The notes below the pieces were generated by a model, which searched no databases, had not been told where the DNA came from, and was given only the letters and a program-made list of their open reading frames with translations. A DNA stretch of 63,961 nt, filler included. It is 5 parts of 5 records of this genome, joined end to end, with 100 filler letters (N's around TTAATTAATTAA, not from the genome) between each part and the next. Parts side by side here need not be neighbours in the genome. Positions count along the whole stretch, not along the records: positions 1 to 31,034 come from SRR2962707_1013; 4 more parts are not named here. One strand, given 5' to 3'. Of this stretch, positions 1-9,415 are shown one piece after another (position 1 is the stretch's first letter; each line of letters opens with the position of its first letter). The position numbers were made by a program, and so were the translations under genes.

Positions 1-252
1 ATAGGATTGGAACACCATGGCAATGCCGCGCTTTGCTGGTGGTGTGTTGTTGACGATCTCCCCGCCAATATTCACCGTGCCGCGCGATGCGTCTTCAAGG
101 CCAGCAATAACGCGCAGCAATGTGGATTTGCCGCAGCCTGATGGGCCAACAAAAACAACAAACTCACCATCCTCTACTGTTAGATTGATGTCTTTGAGCA
201 CTTCGAATGTGCCAAATGATTTTGAAATGTTGGTTAGTGTTAGCGCGGTCAT
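1..252 (-). CDS. Sugar ABC transporter ATP-binding protein (MalK/UgpC family), 5' part only; runs off window start
   Basis: Not in ORF track. Manual translation from ATG 252 gives [53 protein letters not shown]...[10 protein letters not shown] (Walker A, Q-loop). ATGA overlap with the upstream stop. Confidence 0.95.
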   Translation of the reverse strand, partial: MTALTLTNISKSFGTFEVLKDINLTVEDGEFVVFVGPSGCGKSTLLRVIAGLEDASRGTVNIGGEIVNNTPPAKRGIAMVFQSY

Positions 253-1274
253 AGGCGAACTCCAAGGTCTACGGGTTTGCCTGTCCGGATGCTCTGATCA
301 GCCGCAAGGCAAATTTCTAAAGATTGTATGGCATCACTCATATGCCGTGTCAGGTCGATATCTTGGCGGATGGCGTTGATGACATAGGCTTGCTCGGCAT
401 CACACAATTCTTGGTGGCCAGGTTCGCCCGGAAGATCAATTAATTCGTCACCTGTTGGTTTATGCACGCGAATAGCCCCAACTTTGGTGTGACCTTCTAT
501 GTCTTGCGATGCGCCTTTGTTGCCATCGGCAATCGAGACTGCGCCATTGGGCGAAATAACGTCTTTAACGAAGAATGCCGTTTCAGAAATCATCGGTCCC
601 CATGCAGCCTCATACCAGCCAATTGAGCCGTCCTTAAACCAAACTTGGAATTGACCATAATTATACATATCGGCTGCAATTTCATCCGATAGGCGCAGGC
701 CCATCGCACTCACGCGGATCGGCTCTGATTCAGCAATCTGGCACATCACATCGGCATAATGCACGCCGCAATCGACGATTGGCGAAGTCGCTTTCATGAG
801 TGCTTTATGAGTTTCCCACGCAGCACCTTCAGATTGTTGGTTGAGGTTCATGCGGAACACATAGGGACCGCCCAAGGCCCGCGCTTGCGTGACTAATTCT
901 TGCCAACTTGGATGATGTCGCAGGATGTAACCGATAACCAATTTTCGATTATGTTTCTTGGCGACCTCGACAATTTTCTTTGCATCTTCAACGGTTGTTG
1001 CCAGCGGCTTTTCGATGAAGACGTGTGCACCCGCTTCCATGGCGGCGATAGCAAATGGTGCGTGGCTGTCAGAGTATGTCGCGATGCAAACAAGATCAGG
1101 CTTTTGCGCTAAACCTTCTTCAAAAAAGCTAAAGCGGTGATAGGCGCGCAGTTCTTCAGGTAGATCGACATCAGAGCGGTTATATAGACCGATGATCTCC
1201 GCATCAGGATGATTATGATAGGCAAGCGCGTGTGAGCGCCCCATATTGCCAAGACCTGCAACGAGAACTCTCAT
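249..1274 (-). CDS. Gfo/Idh/MocA family NAD(P)-dependent oxidoreductase
   Basis: [12 protein letters not shown] Rossmann start, HVFIEKPLA and DCGVHYAD motifs. Start moved to ATG 1274, which overlaps the permease stop. Confidence 0.92.
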   Translation of the reverse strand: MRVLVAGLGNMGRSHALAYHNHPDAEIIGLYNRSDVDLPEELRAYHRFSFFEEGLAQKPDLVCIATYSDSHAPFAIAAMEAGAHVFIEKPLATTVEDAKKIVEVAKKHNRKLVIGYILRHHPSWQELVTQARALGGPYVFRMNLNQQSEGAAWETHKALMKATSPIVDCGVHYADVMCQIAESEPIRVSAMGLRLSDEIAADMYNYGQFQVWFKDGSIGWYEAAWGPMISETAFFVKDVISPNGAVSIADGNKGASQDIEGHTKVGAIRVHKPTGDELIDLPGEPGHQELCDAEQAYVINAIRQDIDLTRHMSDAIQSLEICLAADQSIRTGKPVDLGVRL

Positions 1275-2110
1275 TTTACGGCTCCTGATGTGATTCCGCG
1301 GATCAATTGACGCGAGAAGATGACATAAAGAATGAGCACTGGAATCACTGCCAGCGACAGTGCTGACAGAACGGCGTTCCAATCGGTCACGAATTGGCCG
1401 ATGAAAACTTGTGAGCCTAGCGTGAGGGTTTTCACTTCTTCTGAAGGCGTGAGAATGAGTGGGAACCAGAGATCGTTCCAGATTGGGATCATATTGAATA
1501 CCGCTACGGTCGCCATGGCTGGGCGTATCAATGGCAATACAAGGCGGAAGAAAATCGTATATTCACTCAAGCCATCAATGCGGCCTGCATTTTTTAAATC
1601 ATCACTGATCTGCTTCATGAATTCAGACAGGATAAAGACAGCGAGTGGTAGTCCCTGCGCGGTGTAAACGAGGATAAGCGCCCATAGTGTGTTTACGAGG
1701 CCCGTTTGAACCATCATTTCCAAAATGGCGACGGTGCCGATACGGATCGGGATCATGATACCCAGCGCCAAATAGAGCCCCATTAATGTGTTGCCCTTGA
1801 AGCGATATTCAGCCAGCGCGAAGGCGGCCATGGCGCCAAAGAGTAATATGAAAAACAATGATCCAACGGTGACGATCATGGAGTTTTGAAAGTAAAGGAA
1901 AAAGTCCCCTTGCTTTAAAACAGTCTCATACCCAATCAAAGAAAAGCTATCGGCATTCGGCAAAGCCAGAGGCTCTCTAAATATTGCTTTTCTAACTTTG
2001 AAGCTATTGATCACGATAACAATAACCGGAAACAGTGCGATCAATGTATAAGTGATGAGCGCTGCATGGGCGGCGATCATATTGAAGCTGTTTTTGCGCG
2101 CTGCGTTCAT
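1271..2110 (-). CDS. Carbohydrate ABC transporter permease (MalG type)
   Basis: Multiple TM helices and the EAA-like loop DLKNAGRIDG. Start at ATG 2110 with a GGAG RBS. Confidence 0.93.
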   Translation of the reverse strand: MNAARKNSFNMIAAHAALITYTLIALFPVIVIVINSFKVRKAIFREPLALPNADSFSLIGYETVLKQGDFFLYFQNSMIVTVGSLFFILLFGAMAAFALAEYRFKGNTLMGLYLALGIMIPIRIGTVAILEMMVQTGLVNTLWALILVYTAQGLPLAVFILSEFMKQISDDLKNAGRIDGLSEYTIFFRLVLPLIRPAMATVAVFNMIPIWNDLWFPLILTPSEEVKTLTLGSQVFIGQFVTDWNAVLSALSLAVIPVLILYVIFSRQLIRGITSGAVK

Positions 2111-2121
2111 TGTCTCACTCC

Positions 2122-3048
2122 TTAAAACTGATATCGGCGCATGCGCGATTGAATGCCAAACAGATATACGCAAACACCCAATAGAATGATCATGAACATT
2201 GCCGATGCGATGGTGGAGCCCATATGTGGATCACCCAATTGAAGCTGGAAGCCAAAAAAGGTGCGATATAAGAATGTGCCCAGAATATCGGTCGAAAAGT
2301 CAGGTCCGGCCAGTGCACCTTGCGCCGCATAAATGAGGTCAAACGCGTTGAAGTTTGCGACGAATGTCAAAATGGAAATGATGCCAATGGACGGTAAAAT
2401 CAGCGGCAGTTTAATTTTCCAGAATGCGCCGAAGCCGGTGACATTGTCCATTTCAGCGGCTTCGAGAATCTCTTCAGGAATTGAAAGCAGCGCGGCATAG
2501 ATCAGCATCATCGGAATGCCGACAAATTGCCAAACAGACACGAGCGCTAAGGTAGTCAGCGCATATTGTTCTTTGCCAAGCCAAGGTGCGTAGAGAGATT
2601 TCAGCCCTACTGCGTCAAGCATACCAGGTGCGATGCCCCATATTGGCGACAAGATCAGCTTCCACGTGAAGCCGACAATAACGAACGATAAAATTGTGGG
2701 AATGAATATGGTCGAGCGATAAAAGCCCGCAAAGCGCAATTTCGGATGGCTAAGGATTGCAGCTAGCGCAATGCCTATTGGGTTTTGCACCAACATATGG
2801 ATGATGAAAAACCAGAAATTATTGCCAAGCGCATTCCAAAATTGGTTGGACCATAGGCTTTCGCCGAAAAGTGTTTTGAAATTTTGCAGGCCGACAAATA
2901 TGCGTGTTTGGTCAACTTCCGTATAAAGCGACAGGCGCAACGTATTGGCCAAAGGGTAAATCATCACCGCGGTGTAAACGAGAACAGCTGGCGCCAAAAA
3001 CACCAAAATATGCCAACGAAACTTTGGTTTGGAGTGCTGATCTTGCAT
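2122..3048 (-). CDS. Carbohydrate ABC transporter permease (MalF type)
   Basis: TM helices and EILEAAEMD loop. Start at ATG 3048 with a GGGAG RBS. Confidence 0.93.
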   Translation of the reverse strand: MQDQHSKPKFRWHILVFLAPAVLVYTAVMIYPLANTLRLSLYTEVDQTRIFVGLQNFKTLFGESLWSNQFWNALGNNFWFFIIHMLVQNPIGIALAAILSHPKLRFAGFYRSTIFIPTILSFVIVGFTWKLILSPIWGIAPGMLDAVGLKSLYAPWLGKEQYALTTLALVSVWQFVGIPMMLIYAALLSIPEEILEAAEMDNVTGFGAFWKIKLPLILPSIGIISILTFVANFNAFDLIYAAQGALAGPDFSTDILGTFLYRTFFGFQLQLGDPHMGSTIASAMFMIILLGVCVYLFGIQSRMRRYQF

Positions 3049-3104
3049 GGCGTTCTCCCGCACTTTGGTTGGGTTTACCTTCGGTGATTGATGTATTTGA
3101 GTTC

Positions 3105-3138
3105 GCTGCCCCTTGAACGGAAATGTTCGAGGGGCAGC
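3105..3138 (-). terminator. Stem-loop after the substrate-binding gene (mRNA stabilizer or partial terminator)
   Basis: GCTGCCCCTTGAAC-ggaaat-GTTCGAGGGGCAGC: 14-bp stem with one mismatch between SBP and permease. Confidence 0.7.
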
Positions 3139-3157
3139 TATTTTTATCTATGAAAGC

Positions 3158-4411
3158 TTATTTTTGCGGCTCGTACCAGCTCGCAAGACCTTCTTGCAGG
3201 CGCTTGCCTGCGTCTTCAGGTGTTTCTGTGCCTTTGATAACGGCAGCAGATGCATTCCAAGTTTCATTTTCTAGGTTCGGTGTACCGCGTGACAAGATTT
3301 GGTACGTAGAGCGGATTGAGCTTTCGCATTCACCGCGCCAAGAAATGAATTCCTGAGCTAATGGATCTTCTAGTGTTACTGGCGCTGAAGAAAGCGGGAA
3401 GAAACCTGGTAATGAGTTTGCAAAGATTGTCGCAAATTCTGTTGTGCCAACCCAGTTTAGGAATTCTTTGGCTGCATCTGGGTTCTTCGTTGCTGTGTTC
3501 ATGCCAATGCCGATATCGGTGTGGTCAGAAATGTAGCATTTATCGCCAGCATTTTGCACTGGTGGGTAGAATGCACCCATTTCAAAGTCAGCTTGCGTAT
3601 TGAAGCCTGAAATTTCCCAAGAACCAGCGGGGTAGATGGCTGCACGGCCAAGCGTAAATAGGTTTTGGCTATCTGGATAGGTTTGGGCTTCAAAGCCATC
3701 GCCTAGATAATCTTTCCATTTAGCAAGCTGGCGATATGGAGCGACCCAGTCTTCGTCAGTCAATTTCTGTGTGCCAGCGATTAGGGCATTACGACCCTCC
3801 TCACCTTTCCAATAGTTTGGACCAATGTTGTTGTAGCCCATTGTGGCCGCTTCCCATTGGTCATTTGTGCCCATTGCCATTGGAATATACGTTCCGTCGG
3901 CTTTAATAGCGTCGAGTACAGCAAAGAATTCTGCTTCTGTTTTTGGTACTTCAAGGCCAAGTTCTGTGAACGCGTCTTTATTATAGATGAAGCCGTGGAT
4001 AACAGCCGCCATCGGTACGCAGAACTGAACAGAGCCATCGTCTGTGCTCCAGCCAGCTTTAGCCACTGGCGAGAAGTTTTTCATGCCTTCAATGTCGGTA
4101 ATGTCTGCAAGATGCTTTGAATCATAAAGCGCAAGTGACGCATCAAATGGGCGGCAAGTGATGATGTCGCCTGCTGATCCAGCGTCCAATTTGGAGTTTA
4201 GAACAGCGTTATATTCAGCCGGTGCTGATGGTGTGAATTTTAGCTTAATGCCAGGGTGAGACGCTTCAAAAGCTGGAATGATTTTATCTTGCCAGATTGT
4301 AATGTCGTCATTGCGCCAGCTTTCGATTGTTAGCGTTACATCTTCTGCAAACGCTGCGCTCGATAGAACTGTGGAGGCTAAAAGGGCTCCAAATATTGTC
4401 ACTTTTTTCAT
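3158..4411 (-). CDS. Sugar ABC transporter substrate-binding protein (likely amino sugar/GlcNAc oligomer)
   Basis: Signal peptide (SSAAFA-ED), family-1 SBP pattern (FEASHPGIKLK; FIYNKDAF), operon context. Confidence 0.92.
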   Translation of the reverse strand: MKKVTIFGALLASTVLSSAAFAEDVTLTIESWRNDDITIWQDKIIPAFEASHPGIKLKFTPSAPAEYNAVLNSKLDAGSAGDIITCRPFDASLALYDSKHLADITDIEGMKNFSPVAKAGWSTDDGSVQFCVPMAAVIHGFIYNKDAFTELGLEVPKTEAEFFAVLDAIKADGTYIPMAMGTNDQWEAATMGYNNIGPNYWKGEEGRNALIAGTQKLTDEDWVAPYRQLAKWKDYLGDGFEAQTYPDSQNLFTLGRAAIYPAGSWEISGFNTQADFEMGAFYPPVQNAGDKCYISDHTDIGIGMNTATKNPDAAKEFLNWVGTTEFATIFANSLPGFFPLSSAPVTLEDPLAQEFISWRGECESSIRSTYQILSRGTPNLENETWNASAAVIKGTETPEDAGKRLQEGLASWYEPQK

Positions 4412-4443
4412 AACTCTCTCCTGTTACGTTGGTTGGTTATTCG

Positions 4444-5343
4444 TTATTTCACCGCATTTATGCATGGTCCAAGATGACCATCATGCGTTTTCAAAAGGTC
4501 AGTTGCTTCTCCCAAGCTACTGCCTAAGGCCACTAATATCGCGGGTTTCACACTGCCATTGGTTTTGGCCAGTGCGGCCTGTGCGATAGAAATTTCCACA
4601 TTGGCTATTTGCGCGACAACCCGCGCGGCACGCGCTGCGAGTTTTATGTTGTCGGCAACCAAATTGACCATCAGGCCATTATAAACGTGCCCGAGTTCAA
4701 CACCCATTAATGAAGACATGAGGTTCAGCGCTGCTTTTTGTGCTGTGCCGGCCCCCAACCGCGTCGATCCTGCAATTACTTCCGGTGGTGTTTCCAAGCA
4801 GATTGCAATGTCTGCCAAATCTAAAAGCGGCGAACCTGGATTGTTGGCAATGCCTATTACGTTAGCGCCAAGGTTTTTAGCTGCTTTTGCGGCTGATAAT
4901 GCATAGGGCGTTGAGCCGCTCGCGCTGATAATAATACATGTATCGTTTGGTGTGACGCCCTGCACTGCTTCAAGCGCTGCCGCTTCATCATCTTCGGTAA
5001 AGCCCGGCATCGCCCCATCGACGGGTATGCCGCCAGCCATATTTATACGGATGCTGCTGGCGGGAACGCCAAATGTTCCTGATAATTCGCAACCATCAGC
5101 CAGTGCCATAAGGCCTGAGCTACCGGCTGCGGCATATATAATATTGCCATTTGCGCGGATGCTGTTTGCCATCATTTGGGCGGCTTTGATTATCAAAGGC
5201 GTTTGCATTGCGACAGCGGAAATTGCGGCTTGCTGACCTTCAAGAAAAAGCGCTGCTGCAGCAGATTGATCAAGCGTATCAATCGCCCCTTTATCGGGGA
5301 GAGCCTCGGTCGTTAGCAGATTTTCTTGCAGTTTAGCCGTCAT
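4444..5343 (-). CDS. murQ: N-acetylmuramic acid 6-phosphate etherase-like SIS protein
   Basis: AGSSGLMALADGCELSGTF, TEDD, SASGSTPY, PEVIAGSTRLGAGTAQK and NIKLAARA match the MurQ pattern. Confidence 0.85.
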   Translation of the reverse strand: MTAKLQENLLTTEALPDKGAIDTLDQSAAAALFLEGQQAAISAVAMQTPLIIKAAQMMANSIRANGNIIYAAAGSSGLMALADGCELSGTFGVPASSIRINMAGGIPVDGAMPGFTEDDEAAALEAVQGVTPNDTCIIISASGSTPYALSAAKAAKNLGANVIGIANNPGSPLLDLADIAICLETPPEVIAGSTRLGAGTAQKAALNLMSSLMGVELGHVYNGLMVNLVADNIKLAARAARVVAQIANVEISIAQAALAKTNGSVKPAILVALGSSLGEATDLLKTHDGHLGPCINAVK

Positions 5344-5364
5344 CTATATCTCCATTCTGTAATT

Positions 5365-5494
5365 AATACCTTTTAGATACCTTTTGTCTATATCTTTTTT
5401 AACCATACGGTTTCATACACAGAAAACATGCCAAAACAGGACCAACACGTAATTTATGGCTTGTTATTTTAGAAATAGGTATTGTAAAGGTATT
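5365..5494. promoter_or_regulatory. Divergent promoter region with two pairs of AGGTAT(T/C) direct repeats; candidate GntR (NagQ-type) operators
   Basis: AGGTATT at 5477-5483 and 5488-5494 on +. AATACCT 5365-5371 and GATACCT 5376-5382 give the same motif on -. Both pairs have 11-bp spacing. Confidence 0.7.
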
Positions 5495-5496
5495 AA

Positions 5497-6393
5497 ATGA
5501 GTAATTCATCTACCACCTTGCTTGTCGCGGTTGATGGCGGCGGAACTGGATGTCGGGCGGCCATAGGCACGGCAGCTGATGGTGTGTTCGCTCGCGCCGA
5601 TGGCGGAAGAGCGAATTTCTCAACTGATTCTGATCTTGCGATAGCAAATATTTTATCTGCAGTCCGCGCTGCGGCTCTTAAAGCCAATATAACTGATGCT
5701 CAACTTAGCCAAGCTGTGGCTTTTATTGGTATGGCTGGCGCAGTGAAAGAAAGAGATACAGCGCGGGTTTCGCAAGCATTGCCGTTCAAGCATTGTGTGG
5801 TTGATGATGATCGCCTCGCTTCTGTTGTTGGTGCATTGAACGGTGCGTCTGGTTGGTTGATTTCGGCCGGTACGGGCACTTTTATTGCTGCCACGGATGG
5901 CTTGAATTTTAAGTTTATTGGCGGCTGGGGTTTTTATCTTGCCGATGAAGGTTCTGGCGCGAGTTTAGGTCGTGCACTTTTGAACCGCATACTTCAGTGT
6001 CATGATGGTATTTTGGTTCATACGGACTTTACCCGCACTATATTTGGTCGTTTTAACAATGATCCCAATGAAATAGTGGCGTTTAGTGTCACAGCGAAGC
6101 CTGCGGATTATGCGGTTTTTGCACTTGATATTGTTGCGGCGGCGCAAGCCAAAGATCCGATTGCTGTTTCATTAATACGTGAAGGTGCGGCCTATTTTGA
6201 AAAAGGCCTAGCTGCTTTGGGATTTAAAGCCGGAGATAGAATCTGCTTTAGCGGCAGCGTTAGCGCCTATTATGCCGATTTCCTTTCACCGGAAACGCTG
6301 GCTGGTCGTGTTGATAGCAAAGGCTCAGCGCTTGATGGCGCTTTTCAGTTGGCCCGCGATGCGGCAGAAGCTTTTATGGAGGCTCGCCAATGA
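5497..6393 (+). CDS. nagK: BadF/BadG/BcrA/BcrD-family N-acetylglucosamine kinase
   Basis: VDGGGTGCRA, ISAGTG, GGWGFYLADEGSG motifs; nag operon context. Confidence 0.85.
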   Translation: MSNSSTTLLVAVDGGGTGCRAAIGTAADGVFARADGGRANFSTDSDLAIANILSAVRAAALKANITDAQLSQAVAFIGMAGAVKERDTARVSQALPFKHCVVDDDRLASVVGALNGASGWLISAGTGTFIAATDGLNFKFIGGWGFYLADEGSGASLGRALLNRILQCHDGILVHTDFTRTIFGRFNNDPNEIVAFSVTAKPADYAVFALDIVAAAQAKDPIAVSLIREGAAYFEKGLAALGFKAGDRICFSGSVSAYYADFLSPETLAGRVDSKGSALDGAFQLARDAAEAFMEARQ

Positions 6394-7148
6394 GTGTTGC
6401 AGATTTTCTTTCGCCGAGCGCTTGGATGATGCCTGATGCCGGGCCACGTTATGTCCAGTTGCAAAAACGGCTGAGTGACGGCGTTGAGCAAGGCGTTCTT
6501 AAGCCAGGAAGTTCACTGCCGCCGGAGCGTGAGATTGCTGCGATCACAGACCTTTCGAGGGTAACCGTGCGCAAAGCTATGCAGGCGCTTGCTGAAAGTG
6601 GTATTATTGTTCAAAAGCACGGCTCTGGTTCGTTTATTGCGTCCAAGGCACCTCAAATTGAGCAATCACTATCGCGCCTGACGTCGTTTAGTGAGGACAT
6701 GTCGCAGCGCGGTATGAACTCAGCAAGCATTTGGCTAGAGCGCGGTGTATTCATGCCCTCCTCCGAAGAGGTTCATGTACTCGGCTTAGCGCCAGATGCG
6801 TCAGTTTCTCGAATTGCGCGTCTTAGAACAGCTGATGGCAAGCCGGTGGCTGTTGAGCGGGCTTCGATCGCCATTGAGATGTTGCCTAATCCATTATTGG
6901 TTGAGACTTCGTTGTATGATGTTCTTGAGGATGCGGGATTTAGGCCTGTACGGGCTTTGCAGAAGATATCTGCCATAAATCTTGAAGCTGAGAGTGCAGA
7001 ACTTTTGCAAGTTTCGCCCGGCGAAGCAGGTTTGCGCATTGAGCGCATATCCTACCTGCCTGATGGCCGAGTTGTTGAATTCACAAAATCCATTTACCGC
7101 GGCGATGCATACAATTTTGTGGCTGAACTGCGCATTGGCAAAGAATAG
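6390..7148 (+). CDS. GntR/HutC-family regulator with UTRA domain (NagQ/NagR-like)
   Basis: LPPEREIA...SRVTVRKA HTH, LTSFSEDM, C-terminal UTRA (EFTKSIYRGD). Confidence 0.92.
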   Translation: MSVADFLSPSAWMMPDAGPRYVQLQKRLSDGVEQGVLKPGSSLPPEREIAAITDLSRVTVRKAMQALAESGIIVQKHGSGSFIASKAPQIEQSLSRLTSFSEDMSQRGMNSASIWLERGVFMPSSEEVHVLGLAPDASVSRIARLRTADGKPVAVERASIAIEMLPNPLLVETSLYDVLEDAGFRPVRALQKISAINLEAESAELLQVSPGEAGLRIERISYLPDGRVVEFTKSIYRGDAYNFVAELRIGKE

Positions 7149-7159
7149 AGGCCAGCTAA

Positions 7160-8191
7160 ATGACTATGAACCAAACGCAAATGCGGCTGGAAGTATCTGA
7201 GATACCTATTGCTGTTGGACGATTGCTTGAGAATGGCAGGGACGATATAGCTCGCGCAGCAGAGGCGCTTCGCGAAAGGTCACCGACCTTTATGGTCAGC
7301 GTTGCGCGTGGGTCGTCCGACCATGTGGCGACCTATTTAAAATATGTTTCTGAATTGCTCACCGGTACGCCTATCGCGTCGATTGGCCCGTCAATTGCGT
7401 CTGTCTATGAGCGCAAACTCAATCTTGCTGGTAGCGCTTGCTTTTCTGTTTCGCAGTCTGGAAAAAGTCCTGACATCGTAGAGATGACGCGAATGGCGCG
7501 CGAAGGCGGCGCTTTATCAATTGCGATGACGAATGATCCTCATAGCCCGCTTGCTGATATTGCGGATCACACAATTAATTTACATGCAGGCCCAGAGCTA
7601 AGTGTCGCAGCGACAAAGACTTTTGTAAATTCAGCTGTTGCTGGTATTTGGCTTTTGGCAGAGTTTGCCAAAGATGAGGTCTTGCTGCGCGCTATAAAGA
7701 ATTTGCCTAGTCAACTTGAAGAAGCAGTTAAATTGGATTGGCCAGAAGTGCGCACTGCCCTCACCGGCCAAAATTCTATTTTCTGCCTTGGCCGCGGTCC
7801 CGCCTATGCGATTTCTAATGAGGCGGCTCTAAAGTTTAAAGAAACATGCCAGATACATGCTGAATCCTATTCTTCGGCTGAAGTGCTGCATGGCCCTGTG
7901 TCTATTGTCGGCGGTAGTTTTCCGGTTATCGCGCTCGCTGCGAACGATATGGCGGAAAATGCGCTTGCGTCAGTCGCTGATGAAATAGCTGCCAAGGGTG
8001 CAAATGTTTTTGCGACCAGTGATAAAGTAAAACAGGCTGTGCCGATTTCTGTCGTGCGTACTGATCATCCTTTGACCGACCCAATCACATTGATTGCGAG
8101 CTTTTATTCAATGGTGGAACGTGTTGCGGCTTCGCGCGGCATTAATCCTGATGCGCCACGACATTTGAAAAAAGTGACTGAAACCATATGA
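7160..8191 (+). CDS. nagB: SIS-domain glucosamine-6-phosphate deaminase (NagB-II type)
   Basis: ARGSSDH, SQSGKSPD, SVAATKT, EAALKFKE, HGP and PDAPRHLKKVTET motifs; no glutaminase domain. Confidence 0.88.
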   Translation: MTMNQTQMRLEVSEIPIAVGRLLENGRDDIARAAEALRERSPTFMVSVARGSSDHVATYLKYVSELLTGTPIASIGPSIASVYERKLNLAGSACFSVSQSGKSPDIVEMTRMAREGGALSIAMTNDPHSPLADIADHTINLHAGPELSVAATKTFVNSAVAGIWLLAEFAKDEVLLRAIKNLPSQLEEAVKLDWPEVRTALTGQNSIFCLGRGPAYAISNEAALKFKETCQIHAESYSSAEVLHGPVSIVGGSFPVIALAANDMAENALASVADEIAAKGANVFATSDKVKQAVPISVVRTDHPLTDPITLIASFYSMVERVAASRGINPDAPRHLKKVTETI

Positions 8192-9345
8192 GCGGTTTGT
8201 CAAAAGCATTTGTTGGCGCGTTAATTCATGATGGTACCGCCGTTCGTGAAAATTGTGCGTTGCTTATTCACGACGATGGGCACCGCAGCATCGAGCCGCG
8301 CAATGAATTGTCCGCGGATTTACCTTTAGAAACATTGAATGGCGGTATTATTACGCCCGGATTTGTCGATCTGCAGGTAAATGGCGGTGGCGGCGTAATG
8401 TTTAATGATCATCAAACAGTCGAAACCTTGGCGATCATGGCCAAGGCGCATGCAAGTTTAGGCACTGCGGCGATTCTACCGACATTGATCACGGATACGC
8501 CTGAGATAACACGCGCTGCAATTGCTAGTGTCGAAGAAGCGATAGCGCAGAAAATTTCTGGCATTGTCGGCATTCATCTTGAGGGCCCTCACCTGTCGAT
8601 CGCCCGTAAGGGTGCACATGATCCAAAATTGATCCGTTCGATGGATGATGACGATCTTAAAATGCTGCTTAGGGCGACGGATCGCATCGCGAATGTTAAG
8701 ATCACGATAGCGCCAGAAAATGTGACGATTGAACAAGTCAGAGCGCTGTCAGATGCTGGCGTGATCGTGTCCATTGGACACAGCAATGCAGATTATGACA
8801 CCGCGATGTCCTATTTTGATGCCGGCGTGAAATGCGTCACGCATCTGTTCAATGCGATGAGCCAAATGGGCAATCGTGAGCCGGGACTTGTCGGCGCTGC
8901 CCTTGTGCGCGACGATATTTATGCGGGTCTTATCGCGGATGGTATTCATGTTCATTCAGCATCGATGAAAAACGCGCTGACGGCTAAGTCGAGAACCAAC
9001 CGGATTTTTCTGGTTACGGACGCGATGGCGACTGCTGGCTCCCCTATTGATGGATTTACCATCAACGGACGTAAAGTGTTCCGCAGTAATTCTCGCCTTA
9101 CGCTTGCCGATGGCACATTGGCTGGTGCCGATCTTGATTTATCGCGCGCTTTATCAATTCTGATCGACGAATTAAATGAGGATATGGCCGGTGCCGTGGC
9201 GCGGGCGACTTCAACCCCAGTCGCGCTTTTGCGGGATAAAGGGTCTCTTGGATCCGTCACGGGTGGTGATAGCGCCATTCTTTATTTTGCAGATGGTTTT
9301 ATGGAGCCGAAAATCTTAGCTGCGGGGTCCAAAGACTGGGTTTAG
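8188..9345 (+). CDS. nagA: N-acetylglucosamine-6-phosphate deacetylase
   Basis: PGFVDLQVNGGGG, HLEGP, KGAH, THLFNAM, DGIH, LVTDAM, LAGA motifs. Confidence 0.96.
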   Translation: MSGLSKAFVGALIHDGTAVRENCALLIHDDGHRSIEPRNELSADLPLETLNGGIITPGFVDLQVNGGGGVMFNDHQTVETLAIMAKAHASLGTAAILPTLITDTPEITRAAIASVEEAIAQKISGIVGIHLEGPHLSIARKGAHDPKLIRSMDDDDLKMLLRATDRIANVKITIAPENVTIEQVRALSDAGVIVSIGHSNADYDTAMSYFDAGVKCVTHLFNAMSQMGNREPGLVGAALVRDDIYAGLIADGIHVHSASMKNALTAKSRTNRIFLVTDAMATAGSPIDGFTINGRKVFRSNSRLTLADGTLAGADLDLSRALSILIDELNEDMAGAVARATSTPVALLRDKGSLGSVTGGDSAILYFADGFMEPKILAAGSKDWV

Positions 9346-9415
9346 TCTTGGTCTGTTTACCTCAGGTAAAAGTGTAGCGATTATCATCGCGCCATGAATC
9401 ATCAAATTGGGATGT

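Noticed and set aside
17-379. 120-aa + strand ORF
   Set aside because: Antisense of the ABC ATPase and oxidoreductase genes.
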